From: Acidobacteriota bacterium
Lineage (GTDB): Bacteria > Acidobacteriota > CAIWXX01
Direction: 5' to 3'
DNA: 64,000 nt
Assembly: GCA_040755995.1 (NCBI GenBank)
Contig: JBFMAF010000032.1
Coordinates: forward strand, 97,306-161,305
Shown here: positions 47,237-57,755 of the stretch, piece by piece
How the letters are laid out: each line of letters opens with the position of its first letter
Position numbering within the stretch: the stretch's first letter is position 1
Made by a program: the position numbers and the translations under genes
The notes under the pieces: model-generated
What the model was told of the DNA's origin: nothing
Databases searched by the model: none
What the model saw: the letters and a program-made list of their open reading frames with translations, nothing else

Positions 47237-47395
47237 TTCAGCTCCGTCGTAGAACGATGGGAGAACGAGCCGGCCAGAACCGGCTCAGCCCGGCGTGAAG
47301 GCCCGCGTCTCCCTGCGCAAGCATTGTATACGAGTCCGAGGCGCGCCGGAACCGTGGGCACCGCGACGCAATTGCCCTGCGATCCTGAGCACGGC

Positions 47396-47424
47396 TTGAC
47401 ACGGACACACCTCGCCTCTATGCT
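47396..47424 (+). promoter_or_regulatory. sigma70-like promoter
   Basis: TTGACA-17 bp-TATGCT upstream of the aldo/keto reductase. Confidence 0.6.
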
Positions 47425-47477
47425 CGGCCCGTGCCCGGATGGGCGCATTCGCCACGACAAAGAGAGGAGCCATTGTG

Positions 47478-48800
47478 ATGAGCAAACGGGATTTGAGGAG
47501 ACGCGAGTTCCTGAGGACGTCCACTTTGGGGCTCGCCGGGGCGGCGGGGGTCGCCGTCGGCGGCAAGGGACTGGAAGCGCAGCAGACCGCTCCCGCTTCA
47601 GCCCCCGAACCTCCCAAGGTCAAGGGATTCCGGACGCTCGGTCGAACGGGATTCAGTGTGTCCGACATCGGCTCTGGCTCGATCTACGAGCCGGGCGTGT
47701 TCAAGGCCATGCTGGACGCCGGCGTGAACTACATCGACACGGCCGAGAGCTACCCGGGCCACCACCGCATCGTCGGCGACGCGATCAAGGGCCGCGACCG
47801 CAAGTCGTTGTTCATTTCCTCCAAGATGCTCATGGACGAGGGGGACATAACCCGAGCCGGACTCCTGCAGAGGGCGCGCAAGTGCCTGGAGGAGCTTGGC
47901 ACCGAGTACGTGGACTGCATGATGATGCACATGCCGGAGAAGGTGGAGCTCCTGAAGCTCGAGAGCTTCCACCAGGCCATGCAGGAATTGAAGACCGAAG
48001 GACGAGTGCGCTTCCTCGGCGTTTCACACCACGGTTCGTTCTGGTTCCGCGACCCGGAAACATCGATGGACCGCGTGCTGCTGGCCGCGGCCGAGGACGG
48101 TCGCTACGACGTCTTCCTGCTCGCCTACAACTTCCTCCAGATGGACAGCGGCCAGCGCGTGTTCGACGCCTGTCGCGAGAAGAAGATCGGCACGGCGGTG
48201 ATGAAGAGCAAGCCGATAGTTACCTTCGACAGAATAAAAACGCGCATCGAAGGACTGGAGAAAGAGGGCAAGGAAGTCGATCCGCTTTTCCGGGAGGGGC
48301 TGGCCCGGTATCAGAAATTGGCGGATCAGATGGACGCCTTCGTCAAGAAGTACCGCCTCGAGAATCAGGACGAGATACGCGAGGCATCCGTGCGCTTCGT
48401 CCTGGACAACCCCGGCGTCAGCACCATCTGCTGTTCAGCGCGGACCTTCGACGAAGCGACGAGGTACGTCAGCCTGTCCGGCATGCGCTTCACCGACTGG
48501 GACCGTGCCAGGCTGGCGGCGTACAGCGAAGGCTGCGGGCGATTCTACTGCCGCCACGCCTGCGGCGTGTGCGAGCCGAGCTGCCCGCGCGGGGTCCCGG
48601 TCAACACCATCATGCGCTACAGTCACTACTTCGAGGCGCAGGGGCGCGAGAAGGAGGCGATGTCGCTGTATGCGGGCATCCCTGGAGCACGCGCCGATGT
48701 GTGCAGTTCCTGCGCGGGACACTGTGAGAGGGCCTGCGCGCACGGAGTGCCCATCCAGGGCATGTTGCTCGTCGCCCACCGCACGCTGAGCCTTGCCTGA
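47478..48800 (+). CDS. aldo/keto reductase with Tat signal and C-terminal 4Fe-4S dicluster
   Basis: RRREFL; RTLGRTG, IDTAESY; CRHACGVCEPSCP and CSSCAGHCERAC. Confidence 0.88.
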   Translation: MSKRDLRRREFLRTSTLGLAGAAGVAVGGKGLEAQQTAPASAPEPPKVKGFRTLGRTGFSVSDIGSGSIYEPGVFKAMLDAGVNYIDTAESYPGHHRIVGDAIKGRDRKSLFISSKMLMDEGDITRAGLLQRARKCLEELGTEYVDCMMMHMPEKVELLKLESFHQAMQELKTEGRVRFLGVSHHGSFWFRDPETSMDRVLLAAAEDGRYDVFLLAYNFLQMDSGQRVFDACREKKIGTAVMKSKPIVTFDRIKTRIEGLEKEGKEVDPLFREGLARYQKLADQMDAFVKKYRLENQDEIREASVRFVLDNPGVSTICCSARTFDEATRYVSLSGMRFTDWDRARLAAYSEGCGRFYCRHACGVCEPSCPRGVPVNTIMRYSHYFEAQGREKEAMSLYAGIPGARADVCSSCAGHCERACAHGVPIQGMLLVAHRTLSLA

Positions 48801-48853
48801 GAGCAAGCAGGCGTTGCTGTTGATGGTCGAGATCATGTGCTATCATCGCCATC

Positions 48854-50962
48854 ATGAGAAAGAAAATAGCAGTATTCACGAGCATAGCGATCCTTCTGGC
48901 GGCGGCTACGACGCTCACGATGAGATGCCGCGGCAAGGGGTCGAAGCCGGTCACTTCCGTTCTGCTGATCACCGTCGGCACACTGCGAGCCGATCACGTC
49001 GGGTGCTATGGCGGGGCGTCGGTGTCGACTCCTGCCATGGACGAATTGGCTGCGTCCGGCGTTCGTTTTGCGCGCGCATACGCCCACAACGTCTCTGCTC
49101 TTCCTTCCCACGCGAACATCCTCAGCGGGATGCTGTCCGTCGCGCACGGTGTCCGCGCCGATTCGGGGTTCAGATTCCCTGGGAATATCGAGACCGCTGC
49201 GACCCTGTTGAAGGCGCGCGGCTTCACGTGCGGCGCCTTTGTCGGCGCCTCCCCTCTGGATTCCCGCTATGGGCTAGGCATCGGCTTCGACGTCTATGAC
49301 GATCACTACGGCGACGCGACGGAAGCGCAGGATTTTCGGCTGGTAGAACGACGGGCCGAGGCTGTTGCGACTCCGTTCCTGCACTGGCTGGATGGCAAGC
49401 AAGCCGGAGCCAAATGGTTCGCATGGGTCCACTTCAACGACCCACACGCGCCGTACGACCCGGTGGAACCGTATCGCTCGAAGTTCGCCTCGAAGCCGTA
49501 CGACGGCGAGATCGCTTACGTAGATTCACAGATCGCGCGGATACTGGAGCATCTCCAGCAAAAGGGATTGGATCAATCCACCTGCATCATCCTAACTTCG
49601 GATCACGGAGAAGGGCTCGGGGAGCACAACGAGCCCACGCACGGAGTTTTCGCATATGAGAGCACGCTCCGCGTCCCGTTGATCGTGAAAGCCCCCGATT
49701 GTGCGCCGGGGACGATCCAGCAGACTGTCCAACACATCGATATCCTGCCAACCATAGTAGAGCTCATCGGCGAGCCTGTGCCGGCGAACCTCAAAGGCAG
49801 GAGCCTCAAACCGCTGCTGTATGGAGCCAGCGAGGACGGCGCGGCGCGCGACATCTACTTCGAGTCGGTGGGCCCGGGCCTGGATCGGAACTGGGCACCC
49901 CTGACGGGGATCGTCTCCGGCAACTACAAGTACATCGACGTGCCGATCACGGAGCTCTACGATCTGGCCAAAGACACCGGCGAGAAGGAGAACGTCTTCG
50001 AGATGAGGTCGGAGGTCGCTGCCGACCTCAAGAAACGTCTCGCATCGATCAGCGAGATCGGCGCCTCGGCGGCATCGGGACATGACCAGGAGGAGCTCGA
50101 TCGACTCGCGAGCCTCGGCTACGTCTCGACCGGGAGCTCCGAGTCCGAGTCGGCGAAGACCTACACCAGCGAGGACGATCCAAAGAACCTGATCCCGCTG
50201 GACAGCATGCTCGAAGACGGCGTCGCCGCGGCACGGGCCGGCGATCTGGAACGGGCCAGGCGGACATTCTCGGAGATCATCTCCATGCGTCCCGGCATGA
50301 GCATCGCCTACTCAGAGGTCGCCTTCGTTCACAGGCACATGGGGCAGCCGCAGAAGGGGGTCGAGATCCTGGAGCGCGCGCTGAAGGAAGGCCATGCGGC
50401 CACGGGCATGCTCGCGAAGCTGGGTTTGTGCTTCAGCGATGCGGGCAAGAACGAGCGTGCGATAGAGGTTCTGCAGCAGGCCGTGCGAGAGAGCGACGAC
50501 AACATAGATGCGCAAACCTACCTGGGAATGGCTTACGCAAGGGCCGGCCAGAGCGACAAGGCTATCAGCACCTTCGAGAATATCCTCGTGGATGATCCGG
50601 GAAACGTCGCGGCCCACGTCCATATCGGGCAGGTCTACCTCGACAAGAAGGACTACGCCGCCGCCACGCAGGCCATCAACAAGGCGCTTCAGATCGACGC
50701 GCGATTCGCCCCGGCGCTCAGCCTCATGGGGGATGCGATGGCCGGCACAGGAAGCAACGACGCAGCGATTTCCAACTGGAAGCGTGCCATCGAAACCGAC
50801 CCTAGGCGGTACGAGGCGATCTACAAGCTCGCGAGCCTCTGCCAGAGTCTCGGCCGCTCAGCCGAGGCGGCCACCTACGCGGATCAGTTCGTGAAAACTG
50901 CGCCGCCCGCGCGCTACAAGCGCGAGATCGAACAGATGAGGAAGATGCTCGCCAGGGGGTAG
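48854..50962 (+). CDS. sulfatase-like hydrolase/transferase with C-terminal TPR repeats
   Basis: TLRADH, LPSH, WVHFNDPHAPY, SDHGE, RLASLGYVS linker, TPR repeats. Confidence 0.9.
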   Translation: MRKKIAVFTSIAILLAAATTLTMRCRGKGSKPVTSVLLITVGTLRADHVGCYGGASVSTPAMDELAASGVRFARAYAHNVSALPSHANILSGMLSVAHGVRADSGFRFPGNIETAATLLKARGFTCGAFVGASPLDSRYGLGIGFDVYDDHYGDATEAQDFRLVERRAEAVATPFLHWLDGKQAGAKWFAWVHFNDPHAPYDPVEPYRSKFASKPYDGEIAYVDSQIARILEHLQQKGLDQSTCIILTSDHGEGLGEHNEPTHGVFAYESTLRVPLIVKAPDCAPGTIQQTVQHIDILPTIVELIGEPVPANLKGRSLKPLLYGASEDGAARDIYFESVGPGLDRNWAPLTGIVSGNYKYIDVPITELYDLAKDTGEKENVFEMRSEVAADLKKRLASISEIGASAASGHDQEELDRLASLGYVSTGSSESESAKTYTSEDDPKNLIPLDSMLEDGVAAARAGDLERARRTFSEIISMRPGMSIAYSEVAFVHRHMGQPQKGVEILERALKEGHAATGMLAKLGLCFSDAGKNERAIEVLQQAVRESDDNIDAQTYLGMAYARAGQSDKAISTFENILVDDPGNVAAHVHIGQVYLDKKDYAAATQAINKALQIDARFAPALSLMGDAMAGTGSNDAAISNWKRAIETDPRRYEAIYKLASLCQSLGRSAEAATYADQFVKTAPPARYKREIEQMRKMLARG

Positions 50963-51004
50963 GCCTCCAGCCGGCGGCCCGGCACGCCGCTCTTCGGCGG
51001 AACG

Positions 51005-51040
51005 GACGCGGTGACGCGGAGACACGGAGACGCGGTGAAG
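51005..51040 (+). repeat. GACGCGGW-like octamer array (inverted copy at 57686-57716)
   Basis: gacgcggt gacgcgga gacacgga gacgcggt gaag. Confidence 0.7.
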
Positions 51041-51113
51041 GGCCGCCGAGGGGTAGGCAACTCGGTCTTCAGCCTGACACGCCCGCCGGTCGATGGGACC
51101 GGGGACAGCCGCA

Positions 51114-51941
51114 CTATACCTCGACGCCGAAGAAGCCTTTCAGGCCGAAGCCGAAGACGATGGACAGAATGAAGAATGAGATAAGCCAGTGGATGGACCA
51201 GCCGAAGAGGTTCATCTCCTGGCCGGGGTAGACGAGCTCGACCCTGGTCACAGGGAGGCCGGCCGGAATCGGCGACTCGCCGGGGGCGAGCAGACGGTCG
51301 AATAGATGATTCTGGACTCTAGCACGGGACATCTTCGCAATGGGCTTGCGCGATACTACGAGCTGCTTGGTGAACGACTGATTGTCCACCGTGAACGTCA
51401 GCGTGTGGTCGCCGTATTGCGTTCCTCTCACCCGCCAGTCGATCTCCTTCCCTTCTTCGACACGGAGAGGGGGCGTCTCGATCTCGACGCCGGGAGAGGG
51501 CTGGAGAGTGAGATCGGTCTGCAGCGGGCTGCGGTCCAGCTTCACCTTCAGCAGCACAGATTCGCCCGGCTTCAGCGGCCGGTAGCCAAACCAGAGATCC
51601 AGCTGGATCAGGATGAGGACGATCGGGACCAGCATCACGAGCATCGGTTTCAGCGCATAGAACATATACCTGGCATTGTAGCCGAGGATCTTCTTCTGAG
51701 CCTGGATGGTAGCCTGGAAGTTGTCCTTGTACAGGCGGAGCTCGAGAAGGTGGGCCTTGATCTTGTCCTTCACGCTCTTGATCCCCTCCTGGTTCGACGT
51801 GTACTTGTAGACCCAGAGCATGAGAAGGCCAGTCAAGAGAGACACGAGAGTCATGCCCACCCAGGGATTCACGTTCTGGAAAGGGTAGAGAAGAAGGTCG
51901 AACGTCTTGCCGAACGCGAAATTCACAACCGATGCCATCAT
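51114..51941 (-). CDS. membrane protein resembling DUF106/EMC3/TMCO1 (Oxa1 superfamily) with an inserted soluble domain
   Basis: TM1, coiled coil, KPMLVMLVP TM2, beta-rich insert, W-x-x-W-L-x-x-F...S...LK C-terminal TM. Confidence 0.55.
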   Translation of the reverse strand: MMASVVNFAFGKTFDLLLYPFQNVNPWVGMTLVSLLTGLLMLWVYKYTSNQEGIKSVKDKIKAHLLELRLYKDNFQATIQAQKKILGYNARYMFYALKPMLVMLVPIVLILIQLDLWFGYRPLKPGESVLLKVKLDRSPLQTDLTLQPSPGVEIETPPLRVEEGKEIDWRVRGTQYGDHTLTFTVDNQSFTKQLVVSRKPIAKMSRARVQNHLFDRLLAPGESPIPAGLPVTRVELVYPGQEMNLFGWSIHWLISFFILSIVFGFGLKGFFGVEV

Positions 51942-51954
51942 TTACCTGCGCGGG

Positions 51955-52146
51955 CTAGGAAATGTAGCCGAGCCCCTTCAGCCTCTTCTTGATCTCCTCT
52001 TCGCTCTTCGCGTCATCGAGCTTCGCGATCTCCTTTTCCAGGCAGTGCGTGATGAACTCCTCGGGCGAGGAATACCCAGCCAGATCGGCGAACCTCTTCA
52101 CCTTCTCGACCAGCTCTTTGTCGAGCCTTACCTTCACGGTACTCAT
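51955..52146 (-). CDS. small ribbon-helix-helix (CopG-like) protein ending RLKGLGYIS
   Basis: VKVRLDKEL...AGYSSPEEFI; RBS AAGGAG. Confidence 0.75.
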   Translation of the reverse strand: MSTVKVRLDKELVEKVKRFADLAGYSSPEEFITHCLEKEIAKLDDAKSEEEIKKRLKGLGYIS

Positions 52147-52203
52147 TCATTGCTCCTTGATTCACCTAACGTTGGCATGATGCCTTTGGGTTCTTGACTC
52201 GCC

Positions 52204-52277
52204 GAACCGGGGAATCGGGGAAACGGAGAAACGGAGACTGGCAAACGCCACTCTCCGATTCCCCGGTTCTCCCATTC
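52204..52277. repeat. octamer-based inverted repeat / hairpin
   Basis: gaaccggggaatcgggga...tctccgattccccggttc. Confidence 0.6.
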
Positions 52278-52309
52278 CGCCACCGATCACCCACACCATC
52301 CTCCGGATG

Positions 52310-54304
52310 CTACACAGGAAACTGCAGCACGTTGTTGCCTACCATAGAGGCCGGTTTCTCGATTCCGAAGACGTGCAGGATGCTTGCGGTCAGATCGTAG
52401 AGGGCCGGGAAGTCGACGGTCACCTTTGCGTTGGTGAACAAAATCCCGGGGATCACGTCGGGATCCATGCAATGATCGCCGCTCCACTTCTCCTTGTTGT
52501 CCTCCAGGACCTCCGGCGGGACTTTCCCCAGGGGCGTGGCCCAGGAGCAGCGGTAGCCGCGGTTGTAGCCGACGAGTATGTCAGGGGCCTCATTCACGTA
52601 AGCACCCTGGTAGACGTCCTTGGCCACGTAAGCCCTGGTGATCACTCGCTCCCCTGTTTGCGGATCGGTCACCTCTTCGAGCTTCCGAGCGATTTCCCTG
52701 ATGAGAGACTCTGAATCGGCACCCGGCGCGACGATTCCCTTACCCTCTCTGTCGCGCTGGTTGACATAGAGGCCGTTGAGCCCGAGCGCGTACGCTCTGG
52801 TTCGCGACCAGTCCGTGTTTTCGAAAAACACGGCATCCCTACGCCGTTCGCTTATCAGCCTCATGTAGCCGCTCTCCTTCAGCCACGTATTGAGGTTGAA
52901 GGCTCGGCGGAACGGCGTGAACCCGTGGTCCGACATCGCGAGAATCATGGTGTCCTTGTCGACCTTGCTCATGACCTTGGACACGACGCGGTCCATGGCT
53001 ACGTAGATATCCTCTATCGCGCCGCCGTACTTCCCCGCCAGACTCGGATCGTAAGCAGGATGTTCCTTGTCAATGTAGCGCCAGAACATGTGCTGCCGCT
53101 GATCTGTGCTCGAGAAGTAGTAGAACAGAAGGCCGGAGTCGAAGCGTCCCAATTCGTAGTCGAAGATCGCCCCGTCTTCCGCAAGGACATCGCCGTCCTG
53201 CGCCAGGAACTCCGCGTCATCCAACACCCCGTGCTCCAGAGCCTTCGTGTCTGCCGGCAGCCCCTTGGTATAGAAAGGACCGAACTTCTCGTCGAGATCT
53301 TCCGAGTAGCTCTCGGGCGTCGAGATCGGCAGTGCCGGGTTGCCCGGGTCGAGGTTCACGGGTGAGACATAGAGCTTGAACTCGGGATGAGCCTGCTTCA
53401 GATGAAACTTGCAGATCCCGGGCACGCCCTGCGTGGGTATCAGCGGGAACTCGACCCGCTTCCAGTCGCTCCATTCTCCTTCCGCAAGAATGAACTCCTG
53501 ATCCTGGATTTCTATCTTCGCGACGGGATTCGCCGGATCGAGGAAGACAGTGAAATCGATGTAGGTGTCGGGATTGCCTTTCCTGAACGCGTTGGGTGGG
53601 CCCGGCAGCTTCGCCTGCACCTTGCCTGCAACGACGCTGACCTGATGGACCTCACCACCGTCCATGTGCGGCCGGAGCTCCGCGTGAGCCGTCGTGTAGT
53701 AGTTGAACACGCCGTAGCCACCCATGATGTCAGGCGTCCCCATTCCAGAGATCGTCCGCTGCTCGGTCGGAGCCGGAGGGAAATTGGACGGCATCTTGTA
53801 GACGGTGGCCGGAATGCCGTGCTTCTCCAGGATCTGCCAAAACGCGTCGCCCCGCCGGAGCAGCAAGACTTCTCCACTGGACAATGGAATGACGTAGCTT
53901 CCGATATTGAGCGTCCGCTCCCCCGGTGTCACGGTCGAGGTCGACAGAAAGGGGCTGTAGTCCTTCGGGTTCCTGTGGATGAAATCGAAGATGGCATGGC
54001 CGCCGGGATTCATCCCGGTAATGAAATTGGACCACGCCACGGGACTCTGGGGCGGCGTGCTCGTTCTCAGGGGTCTGAATCCTCCCATGCCGGCCAGCTT
54101 CTGAAGCGACGGGAGCTTCCCCTGCTTCATGAACTGTTCGGTGAGATGCGGGTCCATACCGTCAAAGCCGAGAACAATGACCTTGTACCTGGTATCCCGG
54201 CTCCCCGCGACCCTGGCGATCACGTTCCGGGCGCTTCCGAGCGCACAGAGCGAGCCGGCCGCGAGGCCCATTTTCACGAACTCTCTTCTATCGAACTTTC
54301 TCAT
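52310..54304 (-). CDS. alkaline phosphatase superfamily / type I phosphodiesterase-nucleotide pyrophosphatase, Tat signal
   Basis: DRREFVK; GFDGMD, PPQSPVAWS, DQRQH, SDHGF, WSGDH. Confidence 0.88.
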   Translation of the reverse strand: MRKFDRREFVKMGLAAGSLCALGSARNVIARVAGSRDTRYKVIVLGFDGMDPHLTEQFMKQGKLPSLQKLAGMGGFRPLRTSTPPQSPVAWSNFITGMNPGGHAIFDFIHRNPKDYSPFLSTSTVTPGERTLNIGSYVIPLSSGEVLLLRRGDAFWQILEKHGIPATVYKMPSNFPPAPTEQRTISGMGTPDIMGGYGVFNYYTTAHAELRPHMDGGEVHQVSVVAGKVQAKLPGPPNAFRKGNPDTYIDFTVFLDPANPVAKIEIQDQEFILAEGEWSDWKRVEFPLIPTQGVPGICKFHLKQAHPEFKLYVSPVNLDPGNPALPISTPESYSEDLDEKFGPFYTKGLPADTKALEHGVLDDAEFLAQDGDVLAEDGAIFDYELGRFDSGLLFYYFSSTDQRQHMFWRYIDKEHPAYDPSLAGKYGGAIEDIYVAMDRVVSKVMSKVDKDTMILAMSDHGFTPFRRAFNLNTWLKESGYMRLISERRRDAVFFENTDWSRTRAYALGLNGLYVNQRDREGKGIVAPGADSESLIREIARKLEEVTDPQTGERVITRAYVAKDVYQGAYVNEAPDILVGYNRGYRCSWATPLGKVPPEVLEDNKEKWSGDHCMDPDVIPGILFTNAKVTVDFPALYDLTASILHVFGIEKPASMVGNNVLQFPV

Positions 54305-54331
54305 ATCATCGCTCCTTCCGCTTCAGAATCA

Positions 54332-56422
54332 TCATTGCATCAATGGACGGCCGTCCATATGAGCTGGCGGCCGGAGCCCGAACAAATCTAGAACGGTCGG
54401 CGCGATGTCGATGATGTGCGGTGTGGACCCGTCGATCTTTCGATTGGAAAAGAAAACGCCCGGCACAAGCGCCGGATCGATGCAGTGATCGCCGCTCCAG
54501 GCCTTCGCATTATCGTCGATGACGACACGGTTGACCTTCCCCTTCACTCCGTCCCAGGAAGCCCTGTAGCCTTCGTTGTACCCGATGATGAAGTCCGGCA
54601 TGTTCTCCTTGTACGGGCCCGGTGGAAGCTCATCTCTGTCGTAGATCCTGCTCATGGCCGCGACACCATGCTCCTCGTCGCGCAGCAGGCTCAGCTTCTC
54701 CATGATCTCCTTCTTCAGCGCATTGGTCTCTTCGCCCGGCGCCACGATTCCTCTCGATTCGCGTCCCTTCTGGTTGATGTAGAGCCCGCCGAGACCGAGC
54801 GCATAGGCTTTCGTGCGGTCCCAGTCGACACCCTGGAACCACTCGCCGCCTTCCTCCTTGCCGTCCTTCATCGACAGATATCCGTTCACGTACAGCCAGG
54901 AATTCAGGTTGACTCCGCGGCGGAACGGGAGGAATCCATGATCGGACATGACGATTACGACGGTCCTGTCATCGGCCTTCTTCATCACCCTTCCTACCAT
55001 CTCATCCATCTTCTCATAGAGGTCCTCGATGATCTTTGCGCTCATGGCGCGCTGGCCGGCCTTCAACGCTGGATGATTCGGGTCGAGGTAGCGGAAGAAC
55101 ATGTGCTGAATGCTGTCCGTCGTCTCGAAAACGCAGGCGGCGACTCCTCTCTGCGTCTTCTCTATTGCGTTGAAGAACATCGCCTCCCACTCGCGGTGAT
55201 TCGAGTACGTCAGCTCCAGAAACGCCTCCTCGCTAAGCGCCCCCTCGTTCAGCGCCCACGTGTCGTTGGCCTCGCCAAGCGTTATGAAGCTGCCCAGCAG
55301 CTTGGAGAGATAGACAGAGTAGATGAGCGGGTGTGAAATCGGAAGAGCCGGATTCTCCGGATCGATATTCAGCGGCGTCAGGTACATCTCGAAATGCGGC
55401 TGAATCTGCGACACGTAGAAGCGGGCGACCGAGCTGATGCCGATGCCGAGGCCCGGACGGAACGTCAGCTTCTTCCACTCGGAAAAGACGCCCTTCTTCA
55501 ACGAAAACGTCTGGCCCGAGACCGTGACGTGCGCTTCCTGCTTCTCCCTGTCCAGGCGTATCTTCAACGGGAGCCGGATCTCCTCGACCTTCTTCAGCAT
55601 GGTGTTCTCGGGCCCGGAGATGTACGTGTCGACGTGACCATCGGTCACATCGACCGGGATGAATACACCACCTTCGTGCTCCTTCACCTTCTCCTTGTCC
55701 GACGTGTAGAAGAAGAAAGTGCCCTGGCTCCCCTTGAGATCCGGCGCACACATCCCCGAGAGGAGATGCCCCTTGAATTTCTCGGGAGGGAAGGTGATCG
55801 GAACCCTCAGGATCGTTGAGAAAATCCCATTGTCACCGAGGATCTTCCAGAACGGAACGCTCTTGCGCATTCCCCTGATCTCAGGCTTCGACAGCGGGAT
55901 GTTGTACTTCCCGAGAGAGAGAACCCTCTTCGGACTCCCGATATGGGCTGACGAGAGATCCGGCAGATATGTCCTCGTGTCCCGGCTCAGGAAGTCGAAG
56001 ATGTTGTGCTTCGCCGGATGCGAACCGGTCATGAAAGATGACCAGGCCACGGGGGAAATCGACGGAATCGACGTCTGAAGCCGCGCGTAGGTGCCCTGCT
56101 CTTTCATCCGCGAAAGATTCGGCAGCTTCCCCTCGGCCATGAACCTGTCCGCCAGTCGCGGGTCCATTCCGTCCAGCCCCACGATGAAGACCTTGTCGAC
56201 CTTGCTCTTCCCGTAAGCCCTCTTACCTCTCAGCATCCGGAACACGTACCGGAACGGCCACGCCAGCAGCGAGAAGACCGCAAGCACCATTACCAGGAAC
56301 AAGACGAAGAAAGAGGAGATGAACGCGAATCCGGCCCCGGGTCCGATGTAGGCCGTCAGGGGGCAGGGGAGGAGAGCCAGGAGAGCAGCAAGTGCAAGGA
56401 ACCTCAGAGTTCTATTCTTCAT
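54332..56422 (-). CDS. paralogous alkaline phosphatase superfamily protein with signal peptide and YIGPG-TM anchor
   Basis: AYIGPGAG followed by a TM; GLDGMD, SISPVAWS, DSIQH, SDHGF, WSGDH. Confidence 0.88.
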   Translation of the reverse strand: MKNRTLRFLALAALLALLPCPLTAYIGPGAGFAFISSFFVLFLVMVLAVFSLLAWPFRYVFRMLRGKRAYGKSKVDKVFIVGLDGMDPRLADRFMAEGKLPNLSRMKEQGTYARLQTSIPSISPVAWSSFMTGSHPAKHNIFDFLSRDTRTYLPDLSSAHIGSPKRVLSLGKYNIPLSKPEIRGMRKSVPFWKILGDNGIFSTILRVPITFPPEKFKGHLLSGMCAPDLKGSQGTFFFYTSDKEKVKEHEGGVFIPVDVTDGHVDTYISGPENTMLKKVEEIRLPLKIRLDREKQEAHVTVSGQTFSLKKGVFSEWKKLTFRPGLGIGISSVARFYVSQIQPHFEMYLTPLNIDPENPALPISHPLIYSVYLSKLLGSFITLGEANDTWALNEGALSEEAFLELTYSNHREWEAMFFNAIEKTQRGVAACVFETTDSIQHMFFRYLDPNHPALKAGQRAMSAKIIEDLYEKMDEMVGRVMKKADDRTVVIVMSDHGFLPFRRGVNLNSWLYVNGYLSMKDGKEEGGEWFQGVDWDRTKAYALGLGGLYINQKGRESRGIVAPGEETNALKKEIMEKLSLLRDEEHGVAAMSRIYDRDELPPGPYKENMPDFIIGYNEGYRASWDGVKGKVNRVVIDDNAKAWSGDHCIDPALVPGVFFSNRKIDGSTPHIIDIAPTVLDLFGLRPPAHMDGRPLMQ

Positions 56423-56592
56423 TGATCACTGTTCCGCGTGGTGTCGCGCTATATTCCGCCGGTGCAGATGCACGACTGCTGCACGTCACCGGCTGCCCCG
56501 TTCGCGTCCTTTCACCTCGATGTCACAAAGTACCCAGTCTCGACCTCGATCGAAGGGCGAAGGGTAACCCCCGTCGAGGAGAATGTCAATAG

Positions 56593-56808
56593 AAATGCGG
56601 AATACGGAGTGCGGAATGCGGAATCAGTCATGCCGATGGACGGTGGCCGGCCGGGGAGAATGCGGAATGCGGAGTGCGGAATCCGCCATTCGAGCGGCGA
56701 GTGGCCGGCCGCGGAGAATGCGGAGTGCGGAGCGCGGAATGTGCCATACGAACGGATGGAGCCGGGCAAACCGGAATGCGGAACCTGCCATACGAGCGGA
56801 TGGAGCCT
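56593..56808 (+). repeat. AATGCGG/AGTGCGG heptamer arrays within larger duplicated units
   Basis: Several runs such as aatgcggaatgcggagtgcggaat; duplicated gtggccggcc and tgccatacga..ggatggagcc. Confidence 0.8.
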
Positions 56809-56879
56809 CGCACTGCCGGACACCGGTGGACGCGAGGCCGCGCCTCGAGATCCGGACGCGACCTCGCCATGCGGTGTAC

Positions 56880-57503
56880 CTACGACTTGTGGTCGACGTA
56901 GCCGTTGTCTTGAAGGTACATGAGGATTTCGGCGGCGATCTCCTGCGGGGTCATCTCGGCTGTCTTCATGACGAGCTCGGGATGAAGCGGTTCCTCGTAT
57001 GGATCATCCACTCCCGTGAAGCCCTTGAGCTGCCCCATGCGGGCTTTCTTGTAGAGGCCCTTGGGATCGCGTTCTTCGCAGACCGTAGCCGGTGCGTCGA
57101 CGAAGATCTCGATGAATCCGAGGCCGGCATCCACGTGCAGCTGCCGGGCCCGGTCCCGGTCCCTGCGGTATGGAGAGATGAAGCTGGTCATCGCGATCAC
57201 GCCGGCGTCGGCGAACAGCTTGGCCACTTCACCGATCCGGCGGATGTTCTCTTCCCGATCCTCGGCCGAGAAACCGAGATTCTTGTTCAGTCCGTGGCGG
57301 ATGTTGTCCCCGTCCATGACATAGGCCAGGTAGCCGCGCCTCACGAGCTCGTGCTCCAGCGTGAAGGCAGCCGTGCTCTTGCCCGAGGACGGCAGGCCCG
57401 TGAACCAGAGCGTGCAGCCGCGCTGCTTGAGCAGAATCTCGCGCTGCGCGCGCTCGACGTGACTCTGGTGCCATGTGATGTTGGTTGCCTTGACGATAGT
57501 CAT
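56880..57503 (-). CDS. cysC: adenylyl-sulfate (APS) kinase
   Basis: [44 protein letters not shown]. Confidence 0.96.
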   Translation of the reverse strand: MTIVKATNITWHQSHVERAQREILLKQRGCTLWFTGLPSSGKSTAAFTLEHELVRRGYLAYVMDGDNIRHGLNKNLGFSAEDREENIRRIGEVAKLFADAGVIAMTSFISPYRRDRDRARQLHVDAGLGFIEIFVDAPATVCEERDPKGLYKKARMGQLKGFTGVDDPYEEPLHPELVMKTAEMTPQEIAAEILMYLQDNGYVDHKS

Positions 57504-57755
57504 GAAATCCTCCGTTATTAGTGCATTGATGATGATTGATTATGCCGGCCGTCCCGCAGGCAGCCGTGACGACCGCGCGCCCGATTCTCCGTAATACAGG
57601 GCGGCACACACTGCGTTAAGTCGACGATTCTGTTGTGGACCCATGACGCGCTGTATTGCTTGTGGACCTCGCAGCGGCCGGCTCTCTTCACCGCGTCTCC
57701 GCGTCACCGTGTCTCCCTCCATTGGCACCCAGCTCGATGCCGCCCGAACCTCGAT

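Noticed and set aside
51005..57716. Inverted octamer arrays as transposon terminal inverted repeats
   Set aside because: Low-complexity and imperfect, with no transposase or target-site duplication seen
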